Origin: an uncultured Spirochaetales bacterium
GTDB lineage: Bacteria > Spirochaetota > Spirochaetia > DSM-27196 > DATKUC01
Assembly: GCA_964553615.1 (NCBI GenBank)
Contig: CAZKMA010000001.1
Span: 14,209-78,208, forward strand
Direction of reading: 5' to 3'
DNA length: 64,000 nt
Below, one piece after another: positions 10,006-19,966 of the stretch. The translations under genes and the position numbers were made by a program. The notes under the pieces were generated by a model. That model was given only the letters and a program-made list of their open reading frames with translations. It did no database searches and was not told where the DNA came from. How positions within the stretch are numbered: the stretch's first letter is position 1; each line of letters starts with the position of its first letter.

Positions 10006-10968
10006 ATGAGCCGGGTAGACGCCACCCTGTACCTTCAATATCTCACAAGCGTTCGCAACCTGACCCCTGCGACAGTGAAGGCGTATCGTGGCGACATCGG
10101 GGCATTTCTTCGCTGGCTCGAAACCGAGGGACTGACCGAAGACGCGGCGGATCTGGAAACGGTGCGTAGCTATATCGGTCATCTTTCCCGTCAGCACGCG
10201 GCCACATCTTCTATCAACCGTGTACTCTCGGCGTTGAAGGGGTACTTTCGGTTCAAGATCAGGCAGGGCGTTGCGGAGACTTCCCCGCTGGATGGTGTCC
10301 GAGGATTGAAGAAATCCGGTTCGCTTCCGGAGTTCCTTTTTGAAGAGGAAATGGACCGGATTCTTTCGGTGGAAGGGAACGATTTCACGAGTCTTCGAGA
10401 TCGCGCCATTTTTGAGGTGCTCTATTCGACAGGTTCCCGCGTCGGTGAGCTCGTTCAGATGAACGTCTCTGACATCGATATGAAACGGGGACGCGTCATC
10501 GTTCACGGGAAAGGCCGAAAAGACCGGATGGTGTTTCTCGGCAGTCGAGCAATTGCCGCATTGCACGACTACCTCGCTATTCGGCGCGAACGGGTGCGAA
10601 CTGCGAGCGCTGAACAGCTGCTCCCGGAAACCGCATTGTTTCTGAATCATCACTGTGGACGACTCTCGCAGCGCGGCGTCTCCGGAATAATCGAACGCCG
10701 GGTTCTCGAGACCGGACTGCTGAAGAACACGTCTCCTCATACGTTTCGGCATAGTTTTGCCACACACGTTCTCGATCACGGAGCAGATATTCGGGTTGTT
10801 CAGGAGCTTCTCGGACATGCGAGCCTCTCTACGACTCAAGTATACACGCACCTTGGCCTGGGCAGGCTCAAGGAGATTTACGCTCGGGCCCATCCGCACG
10901 GAGGAACGCGGCCCCGGACTGCCGTGATTCCCGGATGCGCGGCAGAGACAAAAAAAAAGGAAAGGTAA
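10006..10968 (+). CDS. xerC: Tyrosine recombinase XerC (CodV-like)
   Basis: LRDRAIFEVLYSTGSRVGEL; HTFRHSFATHVLDHGADIRVVQELLGHASLSTTQVYTHL. Sits directly upstream of hslVU, like B. subtilis codV. Confidence 0.88.
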   Translation: MSRVDATLYLQYLTSVRNLTPATVKAYRGDIGAFLRWLETEGLTEDAADLETVRSYIGHLSRQHAATSSINRVLSALKGYFRFKIRQGVAETSPLDGVRGLKKSGSLPEFLFEEEMDRILSVEGNDFTSLRDRAIFEVLYSTGSRVGELVQMNVSDIDMKRGRVIVHGKGRKDRMVFLGSRAIAALHDYLAIRRERVRTASAEQLLPETALFLNHHCGRLSQRGVSGIIERRVLETGLLKNTSPHTFRHSFATHVLDHGADIRVVQELLGHASLSTTQVYTHLGLGRLKEIYARAHPHGGTRPRTAVIPGCAAETKKKER

Positions 10969-10977
10969 AGGTAAAGA

Positions 10978-11520
10978 ATGGCAAAGAGCGATATACACAG
11001 CACAACCGTGATTGCCGTGCACAGGGATGGGAAGATGGCCATGGCCGGTGACGGACAGGTTACCATGGGCAATACGGTCATGAAGGGCAATGCGCGGAAA
11101 GTGCGCCAAATGTACGATGGCAAGGTGCTTGTGGGCTTTGCAGGAGCTACAGCGGACGCGTTTACGCTCTTCGAACGTTTTGAGGAGAAGATCAAGGAGT
11201 ATTCGGGGGATCTCATGCGATCCGCCGTCGAGCTCGCGAAGGACTGGCGAACGGACAGGATGCTCAGAAGGCTGGAGGCGCTCTTGCTCGTGGCCGACCG
11301 ACAGAAGACTTTTCTCCTCTCGGGTACGGGCGATGTCATAGAGCCGGAGAGCGGGGTTCTTGCGATCGGTTCCGGCGGTCCGTATGCTCACGCTGCGGCT
11401 CTTGCCTATCTTGACAGCTCAACGCTTTCAGCCAAGGAGATTGCCGAACGTTCGCTGAAGATAGCCGGGAGCATCTGTATCTATACCAATCAGGAAATCG
11501 TGGTGGAGGAACTTGCATGA
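10978..11520 (+). CDS. hslV: ATP-dependent protease subunit HslV (ClpQ)
   Basis: N-terminal TTVIAV...GDGQVT motif, 180 aa. ATGA overlap with hslU. Confidence 0.95.
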   Translation: MAKSDIHSTTVIAVHRDGKMAMAGDGQVTMGNTVMKGNARKVRQMYDGKVLVGFAGATADAFTLFERFEEKIKEYSGDLMRSAVELAKDWRTDRMLRRLEALLLVADRQKTFLLSGTGDVIEPESGVLAIGSGGPYAHAAALAYLDSSTLSAKEIAERSLKIAGSICIYTNQEIVVEELA

Positions 11521-12914
11521 AACTCGATCTGGAAACGCTGACACCACGTGAAATAGTCCAGGAACTCGACAAATTTATCATCGGCCAGGAAAAGGCAAAG
11601 AAGATTGTTGCGATTGCCCTGCGAAACAGGATTCGAAGACAGCGGCTTCCTGAGGATCTGCGCGACGAGGTTGCTCCGAAAAACATCATCATGATCGGGC
11701 CGACCGGGGTTGGAAAGACTGAGATAGCCCGAAGGCTTTCGAAATTGACCGGCGCGCCGTTTATCAAAGTTGAAGCCACGAAATATACTGAGGTGGGGTA
11801 TGTTGGCCGCGACGTGGAGGCTATGGTTCGCGACCTCATGTCCGTTTCGGTAAACATGGTAAAGGCCGAGCTTCGCGAAGGAATCAAGGAACAGGCCGAA
11901 CACCGAACCGAGGAAGTGCTCCTCGATCTGCTTCTGCCCGGCGTAGGTCAGTCCAACGATCAACGTTCAGATCTTGAAAGTACCGAAGACTCCTCGTCTC
12001 AAACGGGGTTCAGTGTGGCACCTCAGTCTGACACACACTCGGCAACCCGGGAGAAGTTCCGGCAGCGGCTGCGTGACGGGAAACTCGACGAAAAGGAAGT
12101 CGAAATCAATGTCACGAAGTCGATGTTTCCCGCAATCGAGATTTTTTCCGGTAGCAATTTCGAAGAGATGGATCTGAACCTCGGCAATATTTCGAATATG
12201 CTCGGTGGACGGAAGAAAAAGAAACGGACGACTGTGAAAAACGCGCGGGAGGTTATCCTCAACGAGGAGACCGATAAGTTGATCGATCAGGACAAGGTCG
12301 CGGAGATGGCCAGGGAACGGGTCGAGCAGATGGGCATCATCTTCATTGACGAAATCGACAAGATCGCCTCGAAGGAGAACCGTGGCGGTGTCGATGTGAG
12401 CCGCGAGGGTGTCCAGCGGGACATACTGCCAATAGTCGAAGGCAGTCAGGTAAACACAAAGTTCGGTATGGTGGATACCTCACACATCCTTTTCATTGCC
12501 GCGGGTGCCTTCAGTATCAGCAAGCCCTCCGACCTGATTCCTGAGCTTCAGGGCAGATTCCCGCTCCGGGTCGAGCTCGAGCCGCTCGGTTCCGACGACT
12601 TCTATCGCATACTGACCCAGCCGAAGAATGCGTTGATAACCCAGTATACTGAGTTGTTGAAAACGGAAGAGGTCACACTCGATTTCAAGGACGAGGCGGT
12701 CAGAGAGATCTCTAATATTGCAGAGGCTGTGAACTCGAAGACCGAGAATATTGGCGCCAGACGACTGCACACCATCATGGAGCTCGTGCTCGAGGATGTT
12801 TCTTTCAATGCAAGCGACCTCACCGGACAGACAATCCCGGTGACCGCAGAATACGTGCAGGAGCGGTTGCGGGATATCGTACAGGATCAGGATCTTTCGC
12901 GTTACATTCTGTAG
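11517..12914 (+). CDS. hslU: ATP-dependent protease ATPase subunit HslU (ClpY)
   Basis: LTPREIV..LD.FIIGQ, Walker [26 protein letters not shown], and C-terminal sensor region. Confidence 0.96.
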   Translation: MKLDLETLTPREIVQELDKFIIGQEKAKKIVAIALRNRIRRQRLPEDLRDEVAPKNIIMIGPTGVGKTEIARRLSKLTGAPFIKVEATKYTEVGYVGRDVEAMVRDLMSVSVNMVKAELREGIKEQAEHRTEEVLLDLLLPGVGQSNDQRSDLESTEDSSSQTGFSVAPQSDTHSATREKFRQRLRDGKLDEKEVEINVTKSMFPAIEIFSGSNFEEMDLNLGNISNMLGGRKKKKRTTVKNAREVILNEETDKLIDQDKVAEMARERVEQMGIIFIDEIDKIASKENRGGVDVSREGVQRDILPIVEGSQVNTKFGMVDTSHILFIAAGAFSISKPSDLIPELQGRFPLRVELEPLGSDDFYRILTQPKNALITQYTELLKTEEVTLDFKDEAVREISNIAEAVNSKTENIGARRLHTIMELVLEDVSFNASDLTGQTIPVTAEYVQERLRDIVQDQDLSRYIL

Positions 12915-13004
12915 CGATTCGCCTGAAAGTGGCGAAGGGTTCAAACTGGGCTAAGGGTCGAGTCGATATTGACCGAATCTAGAAGATGAGGAGAACTGGA
13001 AGCG

Positions 13005-13424
13005 ATGTTTCTTGATAACACATTCGGAAAGACAGTCGACATACTCCAGAGAACTATGGACGTGTCGGTCCTTCGTCAGGACGTGATAGCGAACAATATT
13101 GCAAACGCGAATACGCCCAACTTCAAGGCTTCTTACATCAATTTCGAGTCGTCCCTGAAAGCGGCACTGGATTCCGAGAACCACAAGAGCTCATTCAAGG
13201 CGTGGCTCACGAATCCGCGCGATATCCCGTTCGGTCACACCACCGACTGGAGGTCTGTCATGCCGCGAAAGTACCTGGACTGGCAAACTACGAGCCAGAA
13301 TAACGGAAACAATGTTGATCTTGAGCAACAGGCAATGCTGCAGTTGAATAATCAGCTTTCCTATACGCTCATGGCACAGTCAGTTCGCGACATGTTCGCG
13401 AATGTCAACATAGTGTTGAAGTAG
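13005..13424 (+). CDS. flgB: Flagellar proximal rod protein FlgB
   Basis: Rod N-terminal motif (RQDVIANNIANANTPNFK). First gene of the canonical flgB-flgC-fliE-fliF order. Confidence 0.92.
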   Translation: MFLDNTFGKTVDILQRTMDVSVLRQDVIANNIANANTPNFKASYINFESSLKAALDSENHKSSFKAWLTNPRDIPFGHTTDWRSVMPRKYLDWQTTSQNNGNNVDLEQQAMLQLNNQLSYTLMAQSVRDMFANVNIVLK

Positions 13425-13431
13425 GTGATCG

Positions 13432-13887
13432 ATGGGCATGTACTCGACAATTAACATAGCGGCAAGCGGTCTTACCGTAGAACGTCTGCGAGAAGACGTC
13501 ATTGCGAACAATATTGCGAACTCGACAACAACACGGACACCCGAGGGAGGGCCCTTTCGACGGAGTAGGGTCGTGGTTCGTCCGCGGGTGAACGAGCCTT
13601 ACTGGAGGAGCCAATTCCTCCCGACTGCTCTGGACAACGGTATCGGAGATGGCGTTCGGGTAGTTTCCGTCCAGAAGGATAACTCCCCCCCCAAGCTCGT
13701 GTGGGATCCGACGCATCCGGATGCCATCAAGACCGGGCCCAAGAAGGGGTACGTGGAGATGCCAAATGTAAATATCGTCAACGAAATGGTAGATCTGATT
13801 TCTGCGTCGCGCTCCTATGAGGCAAACTCCGCAGTCATCAACAGCGCAAAACAAATGTTTCTCAAAGCACTTGAGATTGGGAGGTAA
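13432..13887 (+). CDS. flgC: Flagellar proximal rod protein FlgC
   Basis: INIAASGL...REDVIANNIAN N-terminus. C-terminal VNIVNEMVDLISASRSYEAN motif. Confidence 0.94.
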   Translation: MGMYSTINIAASGLTVERLREDVIANNIANSTTTRTPEGGPFRRSRVVVRPRVNEPYWRSQFLPTALDNGIGDGVRVVSVQKDNSPPKLVWDPTHPDAIKTGPKKGYVEMPNVNIVNEMVDLISASRSYEANSAVINSAKQMFLKALEIGR

Positions 13888-13890
13888 CAA

Positions 13891-14223
13891 GTGAGCTTCT
13901 TTTCACCCGAACAGGTGTCGGGACAGACGATAAATCTCTGGCGGACCGATCCGCGGCATGTGGCCGGGTCGGGAGACAGCGCGCAGAATGGCGCGGGAGC
14001 GCAACAGAATTTTGGACAGATGTTGATGGATGGCCTGAATCAGGTGAATGATCTGCAGCATCAGCAGTCCAAACTTACCATCCAGGCAATCACCGATCCG
14101 AAAAGTGTAAACGCCCATGACGTGACTATTGCTCAGGCGAAGGCGAGTCTGGCGTTGAGTATAACGAAGAATGTTGTCGACAGGGTAATCCGGGCGTATC
14201 AGGACATAATTAATATTCGATAG
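13891..14223 (+). CDS. fliE: Flagellar hook-basal body complex protein FliE
   Basis: 110 aa with the FliE C-terminal pattern (HDVTIAQAKASLALSITKNVVDRVIRAYQDIINI). Position between flgC and fliF. Confidence 0.88.
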   Translation: MSFFSPEQVSGQTINLWRTDPRHVAGSGDSAQNGAGAQQNFGQMLMDGLNQVNDLQHQQSKLTIQAITDPKSVNAHDVTIAQAKASLALSITKNVVDRVIRAYQDIINIR

Positions 14224-14279
14224 AAAAGACTGGATAACCCGCGTTACATAGCATCACTGCGTTCAGCAAGGGAGGGGAC

Positions 14280-15986
14280 ATGAACGAGTGGTTGAGGAAA
14301 GTGTTTGACCAGCTCAAGCAGCTCTGGTCAAAATGGACGGCCGTCCAGAAAGCAATTCTATTTGGCGTCATTGCTGCAGCGGTGGCCGGAGTGGTATTGC
14401 TCGTATCTGTCACGGCGTCGCCGGGAATGGTGCCCTTGTTGGGGATGCCGATTACTGATCAGAACAACATGGATCAGATAACCGCGCGTCTCGAACGAGA
14501 TAATGTGAACTACACAATATCGCCCGACAAGCGAATTCTCGTTCCAAACGAGGAGATTGCGCGTCGGGAGAGAGCGATCCTGGTTCGCGACAATCTTATT
14601 CCGAAGGGCACCAGCCCGTGGGATATCTTCAATACGCCCCAGTGGACCATTACCGACTTCGAACGGAACGTCAATTTGAGGCGTGCCATTACCAAGAGTC
14701 TCGAACAGCATATCGAGGCCTTGCAGGATGTTGATCGGGCAAGCGTTACGCTGGTCATGCCACAGAAACAGCTGTTCAGCCAGGACCAGAACCCGGTAAC
14801 CGCTTCGGTCATTATCGAACCGCATCCCGGATCAGACATCGAGTCGAACCGGAAGAAAATAGAAGGAATTCAGAAACTCATCCAGTTTGCCGTTGAAGGA
14901 TTGAAACCGGAAAACATTACCATTGCCGACACGAATGGAGTTGTCTTGAATGACTTCTCCAACCTTCAGGGGGTCGATCGACTGGACATGACCCAGAAGG
15001 AGTTGCGGATCAAGCGCGAGATTGAAACTCAGTACATGAGTGCAATATACCGCGCGCTTTCGCAGATGTACGGCAAGGATCGCGTGGAGATTCTGAATAT
15101 CGATGTGCAGATGAACCTCGGAAAGCACACCGTTCAGACGCAGGAGTACTTTCCCATTACGACAGTTCCCGATAATCCGGCAACGCCGTACAACGAGCGC
15201 CAGTTCGTCCTGAGTATCCCCCGTTCTACAGAAAACTTCCAGGAGAACTTTCGCGGCTCCGGGTTCAATCCCGAGGGGCCTCCCGGGCAGGAGGGACAGA
15301 CGCCTCCGGGTTACAAAGACCTCCAGAGCACTGCCGGGAATTACAGCCGTACCGATCAGAAGATCAACAATGAGGTGAACAGCCGGAAGGTCTACGAGGA
15401 GATTACCCCGCAGGTCCAACGGATCACGGTAGCGGTCGCGCTGGACGGTGTCTGGAAGAAAAAGTATAATGACAAAGGTCAGCTGATGGTCAATCCTGAC
15501 GGAAGCATTGAACGGAACTACGTTCCGATTCCGGCACCGGAGCTCGCAAAGGCCACCACATTGGTGGAGAATGCGGTCGGGTACGATCCATCCCGCGGAG
15601 ACTCGGTTACCGTTCAGAACATCCAGTTCGATCGGAATTCGCAGTTCCAGAAGGAAGACGACCAATACCGACGGGCGCGCCAGCTTCAGATGATCATCCT
15701 CTACGCCCTTGTCGGTCTGGCTGTGCTCCTCATTTCGTTTATCGCATTCCGCCTCATTTCCCGTGAGATCGAACGTCGCCGTCGGCTGCGCGAAGAAGAA
15801 CTCGCCCGTCAGCATGCAGCCATGCGGGAAGCCGCGTTGCGCAGTGCGGAAGAAGAGGGAACCGACGTGGAGATGTCGGTTGAAGAGCGCGCTCGACTCG
15901 AATTGCAGGAGAACGCCATGAATATGGCCAGGGAACATCCGGAAGACGTTGCCCAACTGATTCGGACCTGGCTGATGGAGGAGTAG
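14280..15986 (+). CDS. fliF: Flagellar MS-ring protein FliF
   Basis: 568 aa with N-terminal and C-terminal TMs and a YscJ/FliF family core. C-terminal FliG-binding tail (EDVAQLIRTWLMEE). Confidence 0.94.
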   Translation: MNEWLRKVFDQLKQLWSKWTAVQKAILFGVIAAAVAGVVLLVSVTASPGMVPLLGMPITDQNNMDQITARLERDNVNYTISPDKRILVPNEEIARRERAILVRDNLIPKGTSPWDIFNTPQWTITDFERNVNLRRAITKSLEQHIEALQDVDRASVTLVMPQKQLFSQDQNPVTASVIIEPHPGSDIESNRKKIEGIQKLIQFAVEGLKPENITIADTNGVVLNDFSNLQGVDRLDMTQKELRIKREIETQYMSAIYRALSQMYGKDRVEILNIDVQMNLGKHTVQTQEYFPITTVPDNPATPYNERQFVLSIPRSTENFQENFRGSGFNPEGPPGQEGQTPPGYKDLQSTAGNYSRTDQKINNEVNSRKVYEEITPQVQRITVAVALDGVWKKKYNDKGQLMVNPDGSIERNYVPIPAPELAKATTLVENAVGYDPSRGDSVTVQNIQFDRNSQFQKEDDQYRRARQLQMIILYALVGLAVLLISFIAFRLISREIERRRRLREEELARQHAAMREAALRSAEEEGTDVEMSVEERARLELQENAMNMAREHPEDVAQLIRTWLMEE

Positions 15987-15987
15987 C

Positions 15988-17064
15988 ATGGCAAAATCAC
16001 CACGGGGAGGGAGCGTGGCAGGGTCCACATCCTCTCCTGCCGCCAAGAAAGGATCTTCTCATCGCAAGGATATGACCGGTCGCCAGAAGGCGGCCGTCTT
16101 CCTGGTCACGCTCGGATCGGAAGTCTCATCGGAGATCTTCAAACACCTCCGTGAAGACGAGATTGAAGCGCTGACCTTTGAGATTGCCCGGCTGGAGACT
16201 GTGGACTCCGAAGACCGGGATCGTGTGCTCCAGGAATTCCAGGAGCTCATGATGGCGCAGGATTTCATAACTACCGGCGGCATCGAATACGCGCGTGAGC
16301 TCCTCGAAAAGTCCCTCGGCTCGCAGAAGGCGGTGGATATCATTAACCGCCTGACCTCGAGCCTCCAGGTTCGTCCATTCGATTTTATTCGCAGGACGGA
16401 TCCGACACATCTCCTGAACTTTATTCAGCAGGAACATCCGCAGACAATTGCGCTGATTCTTGCCTATCTCGAACCGAACAAGGCGTCGGTCATTCTGTCG
16501 AGTCTTCCCCATGACATCCAGTCGGATGTGGCAAAGCGTATTGCGACGATGGATCGTACCTCTCCGGAGGTGTTGCGCGAGGTTGAACGGGTGCTCGAGA
16601 AGAAGCTTTCGACACTTTCCAGCGAAGACTACACCGCTGCCGGTGGAGTTGAAAGCATCGTCGAAATATTGAACCTCGTGGACCGGTCGACTGAAAAGAC
16701 TATCATTGAAAGTCTTGAAGAAGAGGATCCGGAACTCGCCGAAGACATCAAGAAGCGCATGTTCGTGTTCGAAGATATTGTCATGCTGGATGACCGGGCA
16801 ATCCAGAAGGTTCTGCGTGAGGTCGATACCAGCGAACTGGCCAAGGCACTGAAGAGCGTAGATACCGAGGTTCAGGACAAGATATTCAGAAACATGTCGA
16901 AGCGGGCCGCCACTCTTCTGAAAGAAGACATGGAGTATATGGGACCAATCCGGATGAAGGATGTCGAAGAAGCGCAACAGAAGATTGTTTCAATTATTCG
17001 CAAGCTCGAAGAGCAGGGAGAGATCGTGGTTGCGCGCGCAGGCGAAGACGAGCTTGTCGTGTAG
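15988..17064 (+). CDS. fliG: Flagellar motor switch protein FliG
   Basis: LTGRQKAAVFLVTLG; EHPQTIALILAYL; C-terminal torque helix region (MSKRAATLLKEDMEYMGPIRMKDVEEAQQKIV). Confidence 0.95.
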   Translation: MAKSPRGGSVAGSTSSPAAKKGSSHRKDMTGRQKAAVFLVTLGSEVSSEIFKHLREDEIEALTFEIARLETVDSEDRDRVLQEFQELMMAQDFITTGGIEYARELLEKSLGSQKAVDIINRLTSSLQVRPFDFIRRTDPTHLLNFIQQEHPQTIALILAYLEPNKASVILSSLPHDIQSDVAKRIATMDRTSPEVLREVERVLEKKLSTLSSEDYTAAGGVESIVEILNLVDRSTEKTIIESLEEEDPELAEDIKKRMFVFEDIVMLDDRAIQKVLREVDTSELAKALKSVDTEVQDKIFRNMSKRAATLLKEDMEYMGPIRMKDVEEAQQKIVSIIRKLEEQGEIVVARAGEDELVV

Positions 17065-17094
17065 GGCGGGTTCCCGAAATGACGAGGAGCATCC

Positions 17095-18015
17095 ATGGCT
17101 AAGAATGTCTTTCGATCCGGTGAAGTCACCGTAATTGACGGAAAAGTGAACATCGCTCCACCGTCGCAACGGGCGGTAGAGCCGGTTGAGCCGGAGCCCA
17201 TTCACGAAATAGAAGAGTACTCCGGTCCCACGGCAGATGATCTTCGTCAGGAGGCTGAACTTTTCCGTCAGGACTGGGATCGGCAGAAGGAAGAGATGAT
17301 CCGCATTGCGCGTGAGGAGGCCGACCGGATCGTTAAGGCAGCCGAAGAGACCGCCTTCGAGGAAGTGAAGCGCAAGAACGATCAGGCGCAGGCTATTCGT
17401 GAATCTGCCGAGACCGAAGCGCAGCAGATCGCGGCCGAGGCAAAGACGAACGCCGAAGAGGTTGTTCGGGAGGCGGAGACTCACGCGGCCGAGGTCCGGG
17501 ACCAGGCATATCAGGAAGGTGTTCAACGCGGACGCGATGAAGGTTTCGCCCAGGGGAAGTCGGAGGTTGACCGACTCATCGACCGCGTCCACGCGGTGTT
17601 GAATAAGACCATCGAACGCCGCAACGAAATCCTCGAAGAGTCGGAAGCGCAGGTCGTCCAGCTCGTTCTGACCATCGTAAAGAAGGTCGTGAAGATTCTC
17701 TCCGAGAATCAGCGACAGGTTGTCATGCACAACATTGTTCAGGCACTTCAGAAGCTGAAACACAAAGGCGATATTACGATCCGGGTGAATACCGAGGATC
17801 TCGAGCTGACGAGTGATCATGCAAAGGATCTGACACGGAAGATGGAGAATGTCGGTTACGTCACCGTGCTCGAAGATTCGTCTATAGAACCGGGCGGTTG
17901 CATAATTGAGACAGATTTCGGCGAGATCGATGCCCGAATTGGCTCGCAGCTGCGTGAAATAGAAGAGCGGATCCTGGAGATGGTTCCTATCAAGGAACGA
18001 GAGAAACGCCAGTGA
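17095..18015 (+). CDS. fliH: Flagellar export apparatus protein FliH
   Basis: E/A/K-rich coiled coil followed by a FliH C-terminal domain (GGCIIETDFGEIDARIGSQLREIEE). GTGA overlap with fliI. Confidence 0.8.
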   Translation: MAKNVFRSGEVTVIDGKVNIAPPSQRAVEPVEPEPIHEIEEYSGPTADDLRQEAELFRQDWDRQKEEMIRIAREEADRIVKAAEETAFEEVKRKNDQAQAIRESAETEAQQIAAEAKTNAEEVVREAETHAAEVRDQAYQEGVQRGRDEGFAQGKSEVDRLIDRVHAVLNKTIERRNEILEESEAQVVQLVLTIVKKVVKILSENQRQVVMHNIVQALQKLKHKGDITIRVNTEDLELTSDHAKDLTRKMENVGYVTVLEDSSIEPGGCIIETDFGEIDARIGSQLREIEERILEMVPIKEREKRQ

Positions 18016-19484
18016 TCAAAGCACCGTCGGCACGATTGCAGGGGGACGCCAGCGTGTTCGAAAAATACACACAGGTAGTCGAGAAGCTCGAACCGATAAA
18101 ATACACCGGTCATATTCAACGGGTTCAGGGCCTGCTCATAGAGAGTCGGGGTCCGCAGGCGATTGTCGGTGAGCTCTGCCAGGTGCAAATACCTTCATCT
18201 CATCGTACCGTCTGGGCGGAAGTCGTCGGGCTCCACGACCGGACGGTTCAGCTCATGCCATTTTCTGAGACTCAAGGCCTGGAAGTGGGGTCTACCGTAA
18301 TTGGCACCGGAGATACGCTCTCGGTTCCCGTGTCCGATAAACTGCTCGGCAGAGTCCTGAACTGTCTCGGTAAGCCCATAGACGGCGGACCGGATATTCC
18401 GGTCGAAGATGTCTATCCTGCAATTAACTCCCCGCCTGATGTTATGCGGCGGTCTGCAATTACGGAGCAGATTGTTACCGGGGTACGGGCGATCGATGGA
18501 ATGATCGCCATCGGTAAAGGGCAGCGGCTCGGTATTTTTGCCGGAAGCGGTGTTGGAAAGTCAACTTTGCTCGGAATGGTTGCACGGAATACATCCGCGA
18601 ATGTGAACGTCATTGCGCTAATCGGTGAGCGTGGTCGTGAGGTTCGGGAGTTCATTGAACACGATCTTGGCCCCGAAGGGCTCGCGCGATCGGTCATTGT
18701 TGTTTCCACCTCCGACACCCCGCCCCTTGCGCGACTTCGCGGTGCCTATGTTGCAACTGCCATCGCCGAGTACTTCCGGGACCAGGGGAACGACGTCATG
18801 CTCCTGTTCGATTCGGTAACCCGATTCGCACGTGCTCAACGCGAGATTGGACTTGCTATCGGGGAGCCGCCGGCAACCCGAGGATTTCCGCCGAGCGTGT
18901 TCGAGATATTGCCGAAGTTGCTTGAACGGTGCGGTACCTCCGATCGAGGCACTATAACGGGTTTCTATACCATCCTTGTCGAAGGGGATGATATGGACGA
19001 ACCGATAGCAGACACCGTCCGCGGCATACTTGACGGACATCTGGTGTTGAGCCGCAAGTTGGCGACCCGTTACCACTATCCGGCCATCGACGTAATGGCA
19101 TCGATTTCCCGTCTGGCTACGCGCGTGACGAGCCCTGAGGTCCAGGAGGCCGCGGGTTATCTGCGACGCATGCTGTCGGTCTACGCCGATGCAGAAGATC
19201 TCATTAATGTGGGAGCGTACGTTCAGGGAAGCAATCCGGAAATTGACGAGGCATTGCAGAAAGTCCCAGTCATCAATCAGTTCCTTCGACAGGGAATAGC
19301 TGAACGTACTGAACTTGACCAGACTCACGCGGCCTTGAGATTGCTTGCAGGTGCCGATCCGGAATTGGTGATGGGTGAACGGAATCGACCGTTAGCCGAT
19401 TATTCCGACGAGGATATTGTTGAGGATGCTGTTGAGGATTCTGTTGAAGATGCTGATGGTCCGCCGGATGAAGGAATAGAATGA
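18012..19484 (+). CDS. fliI: Flagellum-specific ATPase FliI
   Basis: Walker A GSGVGKST, Walker B MLLFDSVTRFA, F1/T3SS ATPase core. Carries an acidic repeat tail (see findings). Confidence 0.96.
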   Translation: MIKAPSARLQGDASVFEKYTQVVEKLEPIKYTGHIQRVQGLLIESRGPQAIVGELCQVQIPSSHRTVWAEVVGLHDRTVQLMPFSETQGLEVGSTVIGTGDTLSVPVSDKLLGRVLNCLGKPIDGGPDIPVEDVYPAINSPPDVMRRSAITEQIVTGVRAIDGMIAIGKGQRLGIFAGSGVGKSTLLGMVARNTSANVNVIALIGERGREVREFIEHDLGPEGLARSVIVVSTSDTPPLARLRGAYVATAIAEYFRDQGNDVMLLFDSVTRFARAQREIGLAIGEPPATRGFPPSVFEILPKLLERCGTSDRGTITGFYTILVEGDDMDEPIADTVRGILDGHLVLSRKLATRYHYPAIDVMASISRLATRVTSPEVQEAAGYLRRMLSVYADAEDLINVGAYVQGSNPEIDEALQKVPVINQFLRQGIAERTELDQTHAALRLLAGADPELVMGERNRPLADYSDEDIVEDAVEDSVEDADGPPDEGIE

Positions 19485-19966
19485 AGCGTTTCCAGTTCCG
19501 TCTTGACAGACTTTTGAAGGTCCGCGAGTACCATGAACGGGAGTGGGAAATCCGAATGGGCGATGCCACGCGTGCATGTGTCCGGATTGAGAATGAGCTC
19601 GAATCCCTTGCGGTGGAACGGACGGGCACCCTCGAACAGAGTGCATCGAGCAGGGAAGAGGTCGATCCGACGCAGGCGTCCGTCGTCGATATAGACGACC
19701 GTTTGACGCGGCAGAGATATCTCGAATTGATCGATCATAGGGTAGCCGACTTAAATGCAACACTATCGGAACGGGAGCTTGAGCGGGAACAGGTGCGGGA
19801 AAAACTTTCTGAGGCTTCCCGTCTGAAGAAGGTGCTCGATAAGCTGAAAGAGCGGAAGCAACAGGAATACCACCATTCCGCGGGAAGGCAGTCCGGGATC
19901 CTCCTTGACGAAATTGCCGGGAACTCGGTAGTGCGGAATCGGCAGAAAGGAGAAGATCGTGTCTGA
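19481..19966 (+). CDS. fliJ: Flagellar export protein FliJ
   Basis: 161 aa coiled-coil protein (MKRFQFRLDRLLKVRE...). Canonical position after fliI, with ATGA overlap. Confidence 0.65.
   Translation: MKRFQFRLDRLLKVREYHEREWEIRMGDATRACVRIENELESLAVERTGTLEQSASSREEVDPTQASVVDIDDRLTRQRYLELIDHRVADLNATLSERELEREQVREKLSEASRLKKVLDKLKERKQQEYHHSAGRQSGILLDEIAGNSVVRNRQKGEDRV

Noticed and set aside
5096-10968. Two tyrosine recombinases flanking a TPR-dprA-topA segment, considered as a possible integrative element
   Set aside because: Both are canonical chromosomal Xer proteins. Their C-terminal motifs are XerD-like ([12 protein letters not shown]) and XerC-like (HASLSTTQVYTH). The enclosed genes are core housekeeping. 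The arrangement matches the conserved dprA-topA-codV-hslVU synteny. I saw no att-like direct repeats.
9949-11391. 480-aa minus-strand ORF across xerC and hslV
   Set aside because: It is antisense to two strongly supported genes and has no motif content, so it is a shadow ORF.
14832-16046. 404-aa minus-strand ORF across fliF
   Set aside because: It is antisense to the fliF/fliG junction, in a region with unambiguous FliF homology. It is a shadow ORF.
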